Source of the DNA: Stegostoma tigrinum
Lineage: Eukaryota
Assembly (NCBI RefSeq): GCF_030684315.1
Contig: NC_081362.1
Location: 84,411,012-84,475,011, forward strand
Direction of reading: 5' to 3'
Length of the DNA: 64,000 nt
The position numbers and the translations under genes were made by a program. Positions within the stretch are counted from its first letter, which is position 1, and every line of letters starts with the position of its first letter. Shown here in pieces: positions 53,438-64,000 of this stretch. The notes beneath the pieces were generated by a model. The model was not told the DNA's origin. It searched no databases and worked only from the letters and a program-made list of their open reading frames with translations.

Positions 53438-56400
53438 CTGCTCCCCAATACATGGCTGTCTCTCTCATGCTCAGTCCCAACTTTTCTGATCACCTGGCTG
53501 AAGTTTAAAAATTACAGGTTAGGATCAAGGATACTGGTGGGGGAGGGAAATAGCATCAGGTGGTGCAGACAAGCTGAGGTGAAGGGGAACCCCAGTGAAC
53601 TTTGTCTAGTTCTCAAATTCTTTAAAGACACAAATACCTAAGTCTGCATCAAACGGAGGGCAGCTGTCAGTCATCCAAGCTACAAGTAATTTTAAATTAT
53701 GGCTGTCTGGAGAATCTACTGTTGTGCAATCGGCAACAATGCTGCCAGTGAATTTTTGCCCAAATTAGTGTTTTCTTGTATTTAAAGTGATTGTAAAATT
53801 TAATTCAGCCTCCAGCTCACTGACAAGAGATTATTATAATAAACCATTAGTTCAGTTTGTAGCAAGGCATGAAAAATTGGATAAACATTCAAAGAGGAGA
53901 AGAATTGCAAAGCTGTCAAAATGTAGGTTACAGTGGGAAGTAATTTGAAAATTGATAGATGAGTCAGTTCATGCACGATTGGCTGAACAGACACCTATCT
54001 TGCAACATTCTATTATTTCAGATAGTCATCCCTATTGTCTGTTTGTACGTTTGCGTAAAGATTTCAATATCCACTATAAAAAAAGGTACAGCTAGTGAAG
54101 TAACCACCTCTATAAAGTGGAATGAGTCTTTAAACATAACTAGGAAGCTTCTGTGCTAAAGGCTTTCAATCTGTGCCTCATTAAAAGCATCAAATCATTA
54201 AGAGGTGGTGCATTATTTGAGAACAAAACTTAATGTGAACTATGCAAATTAAACTGTTCATTATCTGATGGTGAGGTTGGTGTGAAAATTAACATTTATA
54301 TTCCCCTTGTTGCCAGTCAAATCCTTAGAAATGAGTATCGCATGAGTATGTTTGTCAGTGATGACTTCAAAAAGTATATGGAGAAAGAAATTTGAAATTG
54401 GTAGAACAAAACCAAAAGAATGCTAGCGGGTTCTAGCTATCTGCAATCTTATTTTCTAAAAACAGGCTTCAGATCTGTGGCTTATCCTACACCTGAATAC
54501 AGAAAATTTTTAAATAAATTAAACAGATATTTATAGATTCCAAGTCAAATATTTAACAAAAAACCCATGCACACAGCCTTTGGCATTTCTGTAAAGATCC
54601 ACAAAATACTGTATCTCACAGAGAAGTTAATGTGACTGCATTGTCTAATAAAGGAGTCAATGAAAATGAAAAAAGAAAGCCCCTGTAAACAAGAGTCATC
54701 TCTGAATGCTAAAAACTGATGTGCAAGGAAATCTAAAAAAAAGTTCCAGAGGAAAAAACCCTGTCTCACGAAGAGCATATCAGACTCATACCTTCAAGTG
54801 CTAAATCTCTTAATCTTGCCCTAATCTAACTTTCCATTCAAAAAAATTAGCGTCTATTTTTCATTGCTACAATAAATCAGCAGCAACAAGTGCCAAATGA
54901 TTGAATTAAAGCAAAAATGAGTCTAAAGCCTTGAGGTTATCCTACACTTACAAGTATCAACACAACATGAAAATTGTTCCAGGGATTTGATCTTTTTCAA
55001 ATCAAAACTTTGTTTACATATTCCATATTAATTCAGCAGTTGCTCATAATTTGGAGAATCTTGATGTCACAGATTGAGTGTCAGCATTAACTATTGAGCA
55101 CAGGCATGGCTAATGTCTAATAGGAAATTATTAATTATTGAGATTATCATAATTTGGTTTTACTGAAACTAACTTCAAAACAAGTGCCCCTGAGTTTTAA
55201 GTAAAAGGTGTAACATTTCTGCTCACATAGCAGACTAGACCGTTTTCCATCCTCAACAAACAAGCCAGATTACAACTGAACAGATAGTAACGGGGTTTTG
55301 AAACAATGTAACAAAACTACAAACATTTTCCAAAAGCGCAGTGTAGTTTTCCAAGTCTTTAAAGAGGATGACTATCAATAGTTCCAACCGTCAGTCTGTA
55401 AAAGCTTTGATAGCAAGGTTTCAAGCAAACTGTTTGAAGCAAATCTGTTGCCTTGTAATTGGCCTGTACTTCTTGCATCCAATCACATGCCTAATATGTA
55501 AAAACAATAGCTATTTCTCCTTTAAACAGCAGGACTAGACGTTACAGTTAAACACCAGTATTAGACAAATGCACAACCTCTCCACAGGGAGGAAAGTCAC
55601 TTCTGTAAACAGGAAATTATTTTGTCATTTCCAAAGTTCCTAATCACATTCTATTTTTAAGATCGCACAAGCGAATAAACATAAGCCATTAAGGATCAAC
55701 CGCAAAACAGTACCTTTAAAACAATTGAACAGGAAAAAAAATGGATCAAAGCCAAAACTAACACACAAACAGAGCTGTTTCCTATTTTGAGTGCTATGTA
55801 ACAAATGCGCAACTGAAATAGGCGTGACTCAAAGCAAGTTTTAAAGATCTACTCGAAAATTATGTAGAACTGACATATTAAACATTCTGAATTTAAAAAG
55901 AATCACATTTACATGACAAATTAAGTATTTTACTGAATATGCCAACTTTGAAAACATACTGCTTTATACTATTTCTTTACGCACAAAATTCTACCCTGAC
56001 AAATTCTCTTCCCCACCCAGTTTCATTCATCCATCTTCAAAACCCGATTCCAGTCTTAAACATACTGTGGACATGTACCATAAGTAATCTTACCTCTTTT
56101 CTGAACCCATCCTTCCTTCACAATAGTTATATCACTCATATTAGCAGTCCCCCCCGAGCCCAGTTAGTCGTCTTTCGGGACTGGCTCTGCCCTTCCCACC
56201 GCTCTCCTCAAGGCAACTTCCACTCCGATAGCCACTGTTGCCAGGGAAAAACAATATCACAACTTGAAAATGACGCATTAAAAATGATCACATTATTTCA
56301 GTCTCAGTCTTGTGATACTTTAATGACATACTTTTTAAAAGAAAATTTAAAACTGAAGGGAAGCCGTTTTCACAAACAGGCAAGTTGACTTGGCTCCTCA

Positions 56401-57049
56401 ATTTGATCTAATAAAGAAAAGTGGACTTAAAACAGTTTAAAAAAATTCAAATAAGTCGAATGAAATAATTTCAATGCATTATTGAAAATACTATAAATAA
56501 TCGGTCCCTGGTGTTATTTTCGGCAATCTTCAGTTTCTTTGCGGTCCAGGCTCGACTTTATTGATCAAATATGATTTATGGAGTCTTATTCATAAACCCA
56601 TTTGCATCACTGTTCTAAATTCGTCAAGATAGATTTATAAAAAAAAGAAAACTTGAGTGTTTAATCGTCATAGTTAAGCCATGAATATTGATTTATATTT
56701 TAAAAGTATGACAAATGTTTGACAACAGGCACTATGTAGACGCAGTCTACGCCCTCTACCCAAAGCCATATACTTTCACAAGTTTAAAATGTAAAGCTTA
56801 AAAATAAAGCAAAATGAAAACAAAAATGCTCAGGAATAAATACCTGTAAAAATCTAACATGTTATTTCAACCCCCGTCTAAGAAACCAAGAAAAAAAAAT
56901 CATTCGCCGATTGAGTCTGGTGTTTCAATATGCTACTATAAAATATAAAAAGCGTTCGGTGAAAGTGTAAGACGTAGTCTGATTACATTATAAATAGTCA
57001 CCACTATATTTATTCCTGACCGGCTGGGCGAAAAACAAATCCATAAAAT

Positions 57050-58260
57050 GCAAAGAAAAACATTTCGTTAAAATAAATAGTACGCAGGCCTTTACACCCA
57101 CCGGCAGCCGCCCCCCCACCCCCGACCCCACCTTCGCCTTTCAGATAAATTCAATTCAGTCAGGGGGAGAAAAATATCAGTCGTATAAGATTACAAAGAA
57201 ATATCCGCAAATAATAAGTTATTGCTGGTACCCCGCCGGCGCAACTGTGGTGTAAAGTTGTTATTGGGGTTAGTTGGTAATAGTTATAGTGATGGAGAAG
57301 GATGGTATAACTAGGCCAGAGTCAGTAACCCCTCCTCCTCCTCCATCATCAGCATCATCATCATCATTCCCTCATCTCACCAAAACGCAAAAAGTCTCCC
57401 ACATTCTTGCATCCATGCACACCCCCACCCCCAATTCGAAAGCACGCACCACCCGACCCAAAACTCAGAACATATAGCCATGGGAAAAAAAAGTAATAAA
57501 AATATGTACCGGCGGGTGAATTGAGGTGGCTGAGTTCCCCCTTTCCCCAAAATCCACTCTGTCCAGTATAGTTCAGCCCCTTACCTTTCACACTCAGTGG
57601 CGAGCCGGCCGGCTTTACCCTCCTCCTGCCGGACCGACCCAGACTCAATGGCTGTCCTTCGGGTGTACGGGTGAGGTGGTGGGGAGTGCGGGAGTGGGGT
57701 GGGGGCAACGCGGCTCGACTTCTTTTCCCCTCCCACCCAGGCGGTGTTTTGATGATTGAGAAATTATTGTTTTTTTTAAAAAATGTAGAAATAAATAGGT
57801 AGATACATATTTAATTGCCACAGAATTCAAACTCCGGTTCCTTCTTGTTCTTGTTGACTTTGAGGGGGAAAACTCCTGACGTCACCAGCGACGCGTCTCG
57901 CGCTCTGTCCGTTACTGGAGTTTTTTTTCGCCGCCACCCCACCCCCTTTCCACGCGCCCAGCGGCCTCGAGAAGAAATCTCGCGATATCTACAATGCAGG
58001 GAGGCCTCCCTCTACGACTATGAAGCCGACTCCCAATTTTGTTCGTTTACGCCACGCCCCTTTCCTCCAATTCATTCTCCCCGCCGTGGCTCCGCCTTCG
58101 TTTAGCCTCGCCCTTCGTCCAACCCCCACCTTGCATCGCCGCCTGCCTCCCATCTCCTCTTTTACCCACCCCGATCCCTCAGGTTGCCCCTCTTCGCTCG
58201 GTGGAAGTCCAAGGGGATCTTTGGAGGTATCAGTACGTGAGAACTGGTTGTTCTCCTGAG
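57050..58260 (-). promoter_or_regulatory. CpG-rich promoter of an unidentified housekeeping-type gene, probably transcribed on the minus strand
   Basis: Local CpG/GC enrichment in CpG-poor non-repeat DNA. TGACGTCA (CRE) 57877-57884, TCTCGCGATA (TMTCGCGANR, BANP-type) 57978-57987, GCCACGCCCC (SP/KLF) 58051-58060, CCAAT near 58033 and 58067. Confidence 0.8.
57585..57900 (-). other. Candidate non-coding first exon (5' UTR); TSS approximate
   Basis: Strong donor GAAAG|GTAAGG at 57585/57584 inside the CpG-rich region; the only ATG seen opens a short ORF that stops within the exon. Confidence 0.55.
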
Positions 58261-58496
58261 CGGAATATTTAGTTGGTTGACAGAAATGGTAACAGTAGTA
58301 TTATCATCATAATGTCTGCGCTACTGTACTTTACAATTGCATTGAGTAATATGCCTCTCAAAGGTCCACCTTTAAAGACTGGCTTTAGAGAAGTGTTCAA
58401 TGCGGATTCTAACCTAAACAGTTAAATTTTAGAACTTAAAATTCATTGTAACTTTAAAAAAATTATTTTTAAAGGTGTTGTATCGTCAAATAATCC

Positions 58497-59792
58497 GCTA
58501 CTCCCAATTCCTCCGCCTCCGCCACATCTGCTCCCACGATGAGGCATTCCACTCCCGCACATCCCATATGTCCACGTTCTTCAAGGACCGCAACTTTCCC
58601 CCCACAGTGGTCGAGAACGCCCTTGACCGCGTCTCCCTTATGTCCCGCAACACATCCCTCACACCCCGCTCCCGCCACAACCGCCCAAAGAGAATCCCCC
58701 TCGTTCTCACACACCACCCCACCAACCTCCGGATACAACGCATCATCCTCCGTCACTTCTGCCATCTACAATCCGACCCCACCACCCAAGACATTTTTCC
58801 ATCCCCTCCCCTGTCTGCTTTCTGGAGAGACCACTCTCTCCGTGACTCCCTTGTTCACTCCACACTGCCCTCCAACCCCACCACACCCGGCACCTTCCCC
58901 TGCAACCACAGGAAATACTACTCTTGCCCCCACACCTCCTCCCTCACCCCTATCCCAGGCCCCAAGATGACTTTCCACATTAAGCAGAGGTTCACCTGCA
59001 CATCTGCCAATGTGGTATACTGCATCCACTGTACCCGGTGTGGCTACCTCTACATTAGGGAAACCAAGCGGAGGCTTGGGGACCGCTTTGCAGAACACCT
59101 CCGCTCGGTTCGCAATAAACAACTGCACCTCCCAGTCACAAACCATTTCCACTCCCCCTCCCATTCCTTAGATAACATGTCCATCATGGGCCTCCTGCAG
59201 TGCCACAATGATGCCACCCGAAGGTTGCAGGAACAGCAACTCATATTCTGCTTGGGAACCCTGCAGCCCAATGGTATCAATGTGGACTTCACCAGTTTCA
59301 AAATCTCCCCTTCCCCCACCGCCTCCCAAAACCAGCCCAGTTCGTCCCCTCCCCCCACTGCACCACACAACCAGCCCAGCGCTTCCCCTCCACCCACTGC
59401 ATCCCAAAACCAGTCCAAACTGTCTCTGCCTCCCTAACCTGTTCTTCCTCTCACCCATCCCTTCCTCCCACCCCAAGCCGCACCTCCATCTCCTAGCTAC
59501 TAACCTCATCTCACCTCCTTGACCTGTCCGTCTTCCCTGGACTGACCTACCCCCTCCCTACCTCCCCACCTATACTCTCCTCTCCACCTATCTTCTTTTC
59601 TCTCCATCTTCAGTCCGCCTCCCCCTCTCTCCCTATTTATTCCAGAACCCTCACCCCTTCCCCCTCTCTGATGAAGGGTCTAGGCCCGAAACGTCAGCTT
59701 TTGTGATCCTGAGATGCTGCTGGGCCTGCTGTGTTCATCCAGCCTCACATTTTATTATCTTGGATTCTCCAGCATCTGCAGTTCCCATTATC
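58497..59792 (+). mobile_element. 5'-truncated PLE (RT thumb, GIY-YIG, pLTR with tail)
   Basis: ORF 58475-59437 SQFLRLRHICS...VVYCIHCTRCGYLYIRET...LIFCLGTLQPNGIN, followed by pLTR and hammerhead. Confidence 0.95.
59664..59699 (+). ncRNA. Minimal hammerhead ribozyme
   Basis: CTGATGA 59668-59674, GAAACGTC ending at 59695. Confidence 0.8.
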
Positions 59793-59932
59793 ACATCACG
59801 TGCACATATGTAGCATCTTTCACTTTTATGTTGCGTGAGTATATTTGAACTGTACAGTGGTCATTGGTGTGATGTTTTGATGGGAGTAAGATAACCACTA
59901 CACACAAGTACAGTTACAACTAAACTAATAGT

Positions 59933-62900
59933 AGATAACAAAGTGTGAAGCTGGATGAACACAGCAGACCAAGCAGCATCTCAGGAGCGCAAAAGCTGAT
60001 GTTTCAGGCCAGAACCTTCATCAAAGAGGGGGACGGGGAGAGGGTTCTAAGATAAATAGGGAGAGAGGGTGAGACGGACTGATGATGGATAGAGGAGAAG
60101 ATAGATGGAGAGGAGAGTATAGGTGGGGAGGGGAGAGGTCAGTCCGGGGAGGATGGACAGGTCAAGGAGGCGGGATGAGGTTGGCAGGTGGGAAATGGAG
60201 GTGCGGCTTGATGTAGGAGGAGGGGATAGGTGAGAGGAAGAACATGTTAGGGAGGTGGGGACGAACTGGACTGGTTTTGGGATGCAGTGGGGGAGGGGGA
60301 GATTTTGAAGCTTGTGAAGTCCACATTGATACCATAGGGCTGCAGGGCTCCCAAGCAGGAGATGAGTTGCTGTTCCTGCAACCTTCGGGTGGCATCATTG
60401 TGGCACTGCAGGAGGTCCATGATGGACATGTCGTCTAAGGAATGGGAGGGGGAGTTAAAATGGTTTGCGACTGGGAGGTGCAGTTGTTTATTGCGAACCG
60501 AGTGGAGGTGCACTGCAAAGCGGTCCCCAAGCCTCTGCTTGGTTTCCCCACTGTAGAGGAAGCCACACCGGGTACAGTGGATACAGTATACTACATTGGC
60601 AGATGTGCAGGTGAGCATCTGCTTAATATGGAAAGTCATCTTGGGGCCTGGGATAGGGGTGAGGGAGGAGGTGTGGGGGCAAATGTAGCACTTCCTGCGG
60701 TTGCAGGGGAAGGTGCCGGGTGTGGTGGGGTTGGAGGGGAGTGTGGAGTGGACAAGGGAGTCAAGAGAGAGTGGTCTCTCGGAAGGCAGACAAGGGTGGG
60801 GATTGAAAAATGTCTTGGGTGGTGGGGTCGGATTGTTGTTGGCGGAAGTGTCGGAGGATGATGCGTTGTATCCGGAGGTTGGTGGGGTGGTATGTGAGGA
60901 CGAGGGGGATTCTCTTAGGGTGGTTATTGCGGGGGCAGGGTGTGAGGGATGTGTTGCGGGAAATGCGGGAGACACGGTCAAGGGTGTTCTCGACCACTGT
61001 GGGGGGAAAGTTGCGGTCCTTGATGAACGTGGCCATCTGGGATGTGCGGGAATGGAATGCCTCATCCTGGGAGCAGATGCGGCAGAGGCGAAGTAATTGG
61101 GAATTGGGGATGGAATTTTTGCAGGAGGGTTGGTGGGAGGAGGTGTATTCCATGTAGCTATGGGAGTCGGTGGGCTTGAAGTGGACATCAGTTTCTAGCT
61201 TGTTGTCTGAGATGGAGACAGTGAGGTCCAGGAAGGTGAGGGATGTTATGGAGATGGCCCAGGTGAACTTGAGGTTGGGGTGGAAGGTGTTGGTGAAGTG
61301 GATGAACTGTTCAAACTACTCTTGGGAGCAAGAAGCGACGCCGATACAGTCATCAACGTAACCGAGGAAGAGGTGGGGTTTGGGGCCAATGTAAGTGCGG
61401 AAGAGGAACTGTTCCACGTAACCTACAAAGAGGCTGGCATAGCTTGGGCCCATGCGGGTACCCATGGCCACCCCCTTTGTTTGTAGGAAGTGGGATGAAT
61501 CGAAAGAGAAGTTGTTGAGGGTGAAGACAAGTTCGGCTAGGCGGATGAGGGTGTTGGTGTAGGGGGACTGGTCAGGCCTGTGGGACAGGAAGAAGCGGAG
61601 GGCCTTAAGGCCATCTGCATGAGGAATGCAGGTGTATCGGGACTGGACGTTCATGGTGAAAATGAGGTGTTGAGGGCCAGGAAATTGGAAGTTCTGGAGG
61701 AGGTGGAGGGTGTGGGTGGTGTCACGGACGTAGGTGGGGAGTTCCTGGACCAAGGGGGAGAAGATGGAGTCCAGATAGGTGGAGATGAGTTTGGTGGGGC
61801 AGGAACAGGTGGAGACAATAAGTCGGCCTGGGCTGGCGGGTTTGTGGATTTTGGGAAGGAAATAGAAACAGGCTGTGCAGGGTTGGGGAACAATGAGGTT
61901 GGAGGCGGTGGGTGGGAGGTCACCTGAGGTGATGAGGTCATGGATGGTATTGGAGGTGCTAGGGGTGGGGCCATGATCAAGGGAGCGGTAGGAGGTGGTG
62001 TCGGAGAGTTGGTGTTTGGCCTCAGCGATGTAGAGGTCAGTGCACCATACTACCACTGCGCCACCCTTGTCTGCGGGTTTGATGGTGAGGTTGGGGTTGG
62101 AGCAGAGGGCTGCCCGTTCTGCAGGGAAGAGGTTGGAGTGGGTGAGAGGGGTCAAGAGGTTGAGGTGGTTAATATCTCGACGGCAGTTGGAGATGAAGAG
62201 GTCGAGGGAGGGTAGGAGGCCTGGGGGTGGTGTCCAGGAGGAGGACTTATGTTGGAGGTGGGTGAAGGGGTCAGTGGAGGCACGGTTGGGCTCTTGGTTA
62301 AAGAAGTAAGCGTGGAGGCGAAGGCGGCGGAAAAACTGCTCTATGTCCAAACATGACTGGTATTCGTTGATGTGTGGGTGTAGGGGGACAAGGGTGAGCC
62401 CCTTGCTTAGGACTGACCGTTCGTCCTCAGTCAGTGGGAGGTCTGGAGGGATGGTGAAGATTCGGCAGGGCTCAGTGTGGCTGTCTTCTCTGGGATAGCT
62501 GGCTGTGGAGGCCGTGGGCGGAGCGATGAAGTCATCGGCTGTGGGCAGGGTTCTGTTGGTGGTGGGCAGAGTTCCGTCGGCGGTGACCGCCCTGAGAGAA
62601 TCCCCCTCGTCCTCACATACCACCCCACCAACCTCCAGATACAACGCATCATCCTCCGACACTTCTGCTATCTACAATCTGACCCCACCACCCAAGACAT
62701 TTTTCAATCCCCACCCTTGTCTGCCTTCCGGAGAGACCACTCTCTCCGTGACTCCCTTGTCTGCTCCACACACCCCTCCACCCCCACCACACCCGGCACC
62801 TTCCCCTGCAACCGCAGGAAGTGCTACACTTGCCCCCACACCTCCTCCCTCACCCCCATCCCAGGCCCCAAGATGACTTTCCATATTAAGCAGATGTTCA

Positions 62901-63592
62901 CCTGCATATCTGCCAATGTGGTATACTGTATCCACTGTACCGGTGTAACCTCCTCTACATTGGGGAAACCAAGCGGAGGCTTGCAGACCGCTTTGCAGTG
63001 CACGACCGCTCAGTTCGGAATAAACAACTACACATCCCAGTCGCGAACCATTTTAACTCCCATTCCTCAGACAACATGTCCATCATGGGCCTCCTGCAGT
63101 GCCACAATGATGCCACCCAAAGGTTGCAGGAACAGCAACTCATCTTCCGCTTGGGAACCCTGCAGCCCAATGGTATCAATGTGGACTTCACAAGCTTCAA
63201 AATCTCCCCCACCCCACTGCATCACGAAACCAGCCCAGCTTGACCCCGCCTCCCTAACCTGTTCTTCCTCTCACCTATCCCCTCCTCCCACCTCAAGCCA
63301 CACCTCCATTTCCCACCTACCAACCTCATCCCTCCTCCTTGACCTGTCCATCCTCCCCGGACCTACCTATCCCCTCCCCACCTATACTCTCCTGTCCACT
63401 ATCTTCTCCTCGATCTATCTTCGGCCTGCCTCCCCCTCTCTCCCTATTTATTTCAGAACCTTCTCCCCATCCCCCTCTCTGATGAAGGCCCGAAACGTCA
63501 GCTTTTGTGCTCCTGAGATGCTGCTTGGCCTACTGCTATCTATCAGGGAGACATACTTACTAACCTCCCATCACAGTTCCCATTATCTCTGA
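59933..63592 (-). mobile_element. Penelope-like retroelement (Neptune-like), 5'-truncated, with inverted GIY-YIG/pLTR arm at 62587-63592
   Basis: RT motifs IKPADKGGAVV, KGVAMGTRMGPSYA, GYVDDCIG; CNRRKCYxCPH linker; GIY-YIG-type VVYCIHCTRCGFLYSGET; candidate TSD aactaatagt at 59923-59932 and 63599-63608. Confidence 0.95.
60247..62582 (-). pseudogene. Disrupted PLE RT-GIY-YIG polyprotein
   Basis: ORF 61316-62662 (RT), 60761-61153 (thumb) and 60247-61188 (endonuclease) are separated by a stop and frameshifts. Confidence 0.9.
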
Positions 63593-63844
63593 TCACTCAA
63601 CTAATAGTGATGTGTTCTGAAAAAAATAACGAAACTTGAAACGATAACTGTTTCAGTTTCCACAGATACTGGTAGACCGAGTTTCTGTTGTATTTTCTGT
63701 TTATATTAATAATACTGTATATTGCTGCACAGATTCCTCTTTAGTTTTTTTTTCCCTTTGTGGTTAATTTATTTATCCATGAATATGAAGGAACAGTTCA
63801 TACTATAATGAATTTAATGATTCTATAGCAACAGCTATGACTTA

Positions 63845-64000
63845 AAGTGGATGCTTCAACATGTCTGTCCTTGGCCTCATCCAGGGTGGCAGCAATTCAG
63901 AATTTGAGGAACAACATCTTATCTTCCGCCTGAGCACCCTGTAACTGGGTGACTCAACATTAAGCTCTCTAATTTCAAATAACGTTTCCAGCCCCACCTC
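63845..64000 (+). mobile_element. Old PLE GIY-YIG C-terminal fragment
   Basis: Translates as EEQHLIFRLSTL. Confidence 0.65.

Noticed and set aside
63552-63562. ATACTTAC as U1 snRNA 5' end
   Set aside because: Match stops after 8 nt.
62477-63592. 371-aa plus-strand ORF
   Set aside because: Chimera across the PLE inversion junction with frameshifts; not a gene.
1-64000. CRISPR array, tRNA, rRNA or prokaryotic operons
   Set aside because: Eukaryotic repeat-rich DNA; no regularly spaced repeats or structural RNA genes seen.

Overview
Repeat-rich vertebrate genomic DNA. The CR1/HER1-type LINEs and Penelope-like elements resemble those of cartilaginous fish (shark); this is an inference. Most of the window looks like the 5' intronic region of an unidentified minus-strand gene driven from a CpG-rich housekeeping-type promoter at about 57.1-58.3 kb (CRE, TMTCGCGANR, GC box, CCAAT). 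No intact host CDS is recognisable, only candidate non-coding exons. The clearest coding sequences belong to young Neptune-like Penelope-like retroelements (RT + Cys linker + GIY-YIG) whose pLTRs carry minimal hammerhead ribozymes. These and related short elements recur as palindromes with a one-sided tail and 7-15 bp TSDs, from about 130 bp to 3.7 kb. Other notable structures: a 4.8-kb apparent inversion with a 366-bp inverted duplication spanning an N-gap, an unidentified decayed coding fragment, a repeat-free block with a hairpin, a candidate microexon and RBFOX sites, a 1.1-kb inverted-repeat element with a flipped core, microinversions and a templated insertion.
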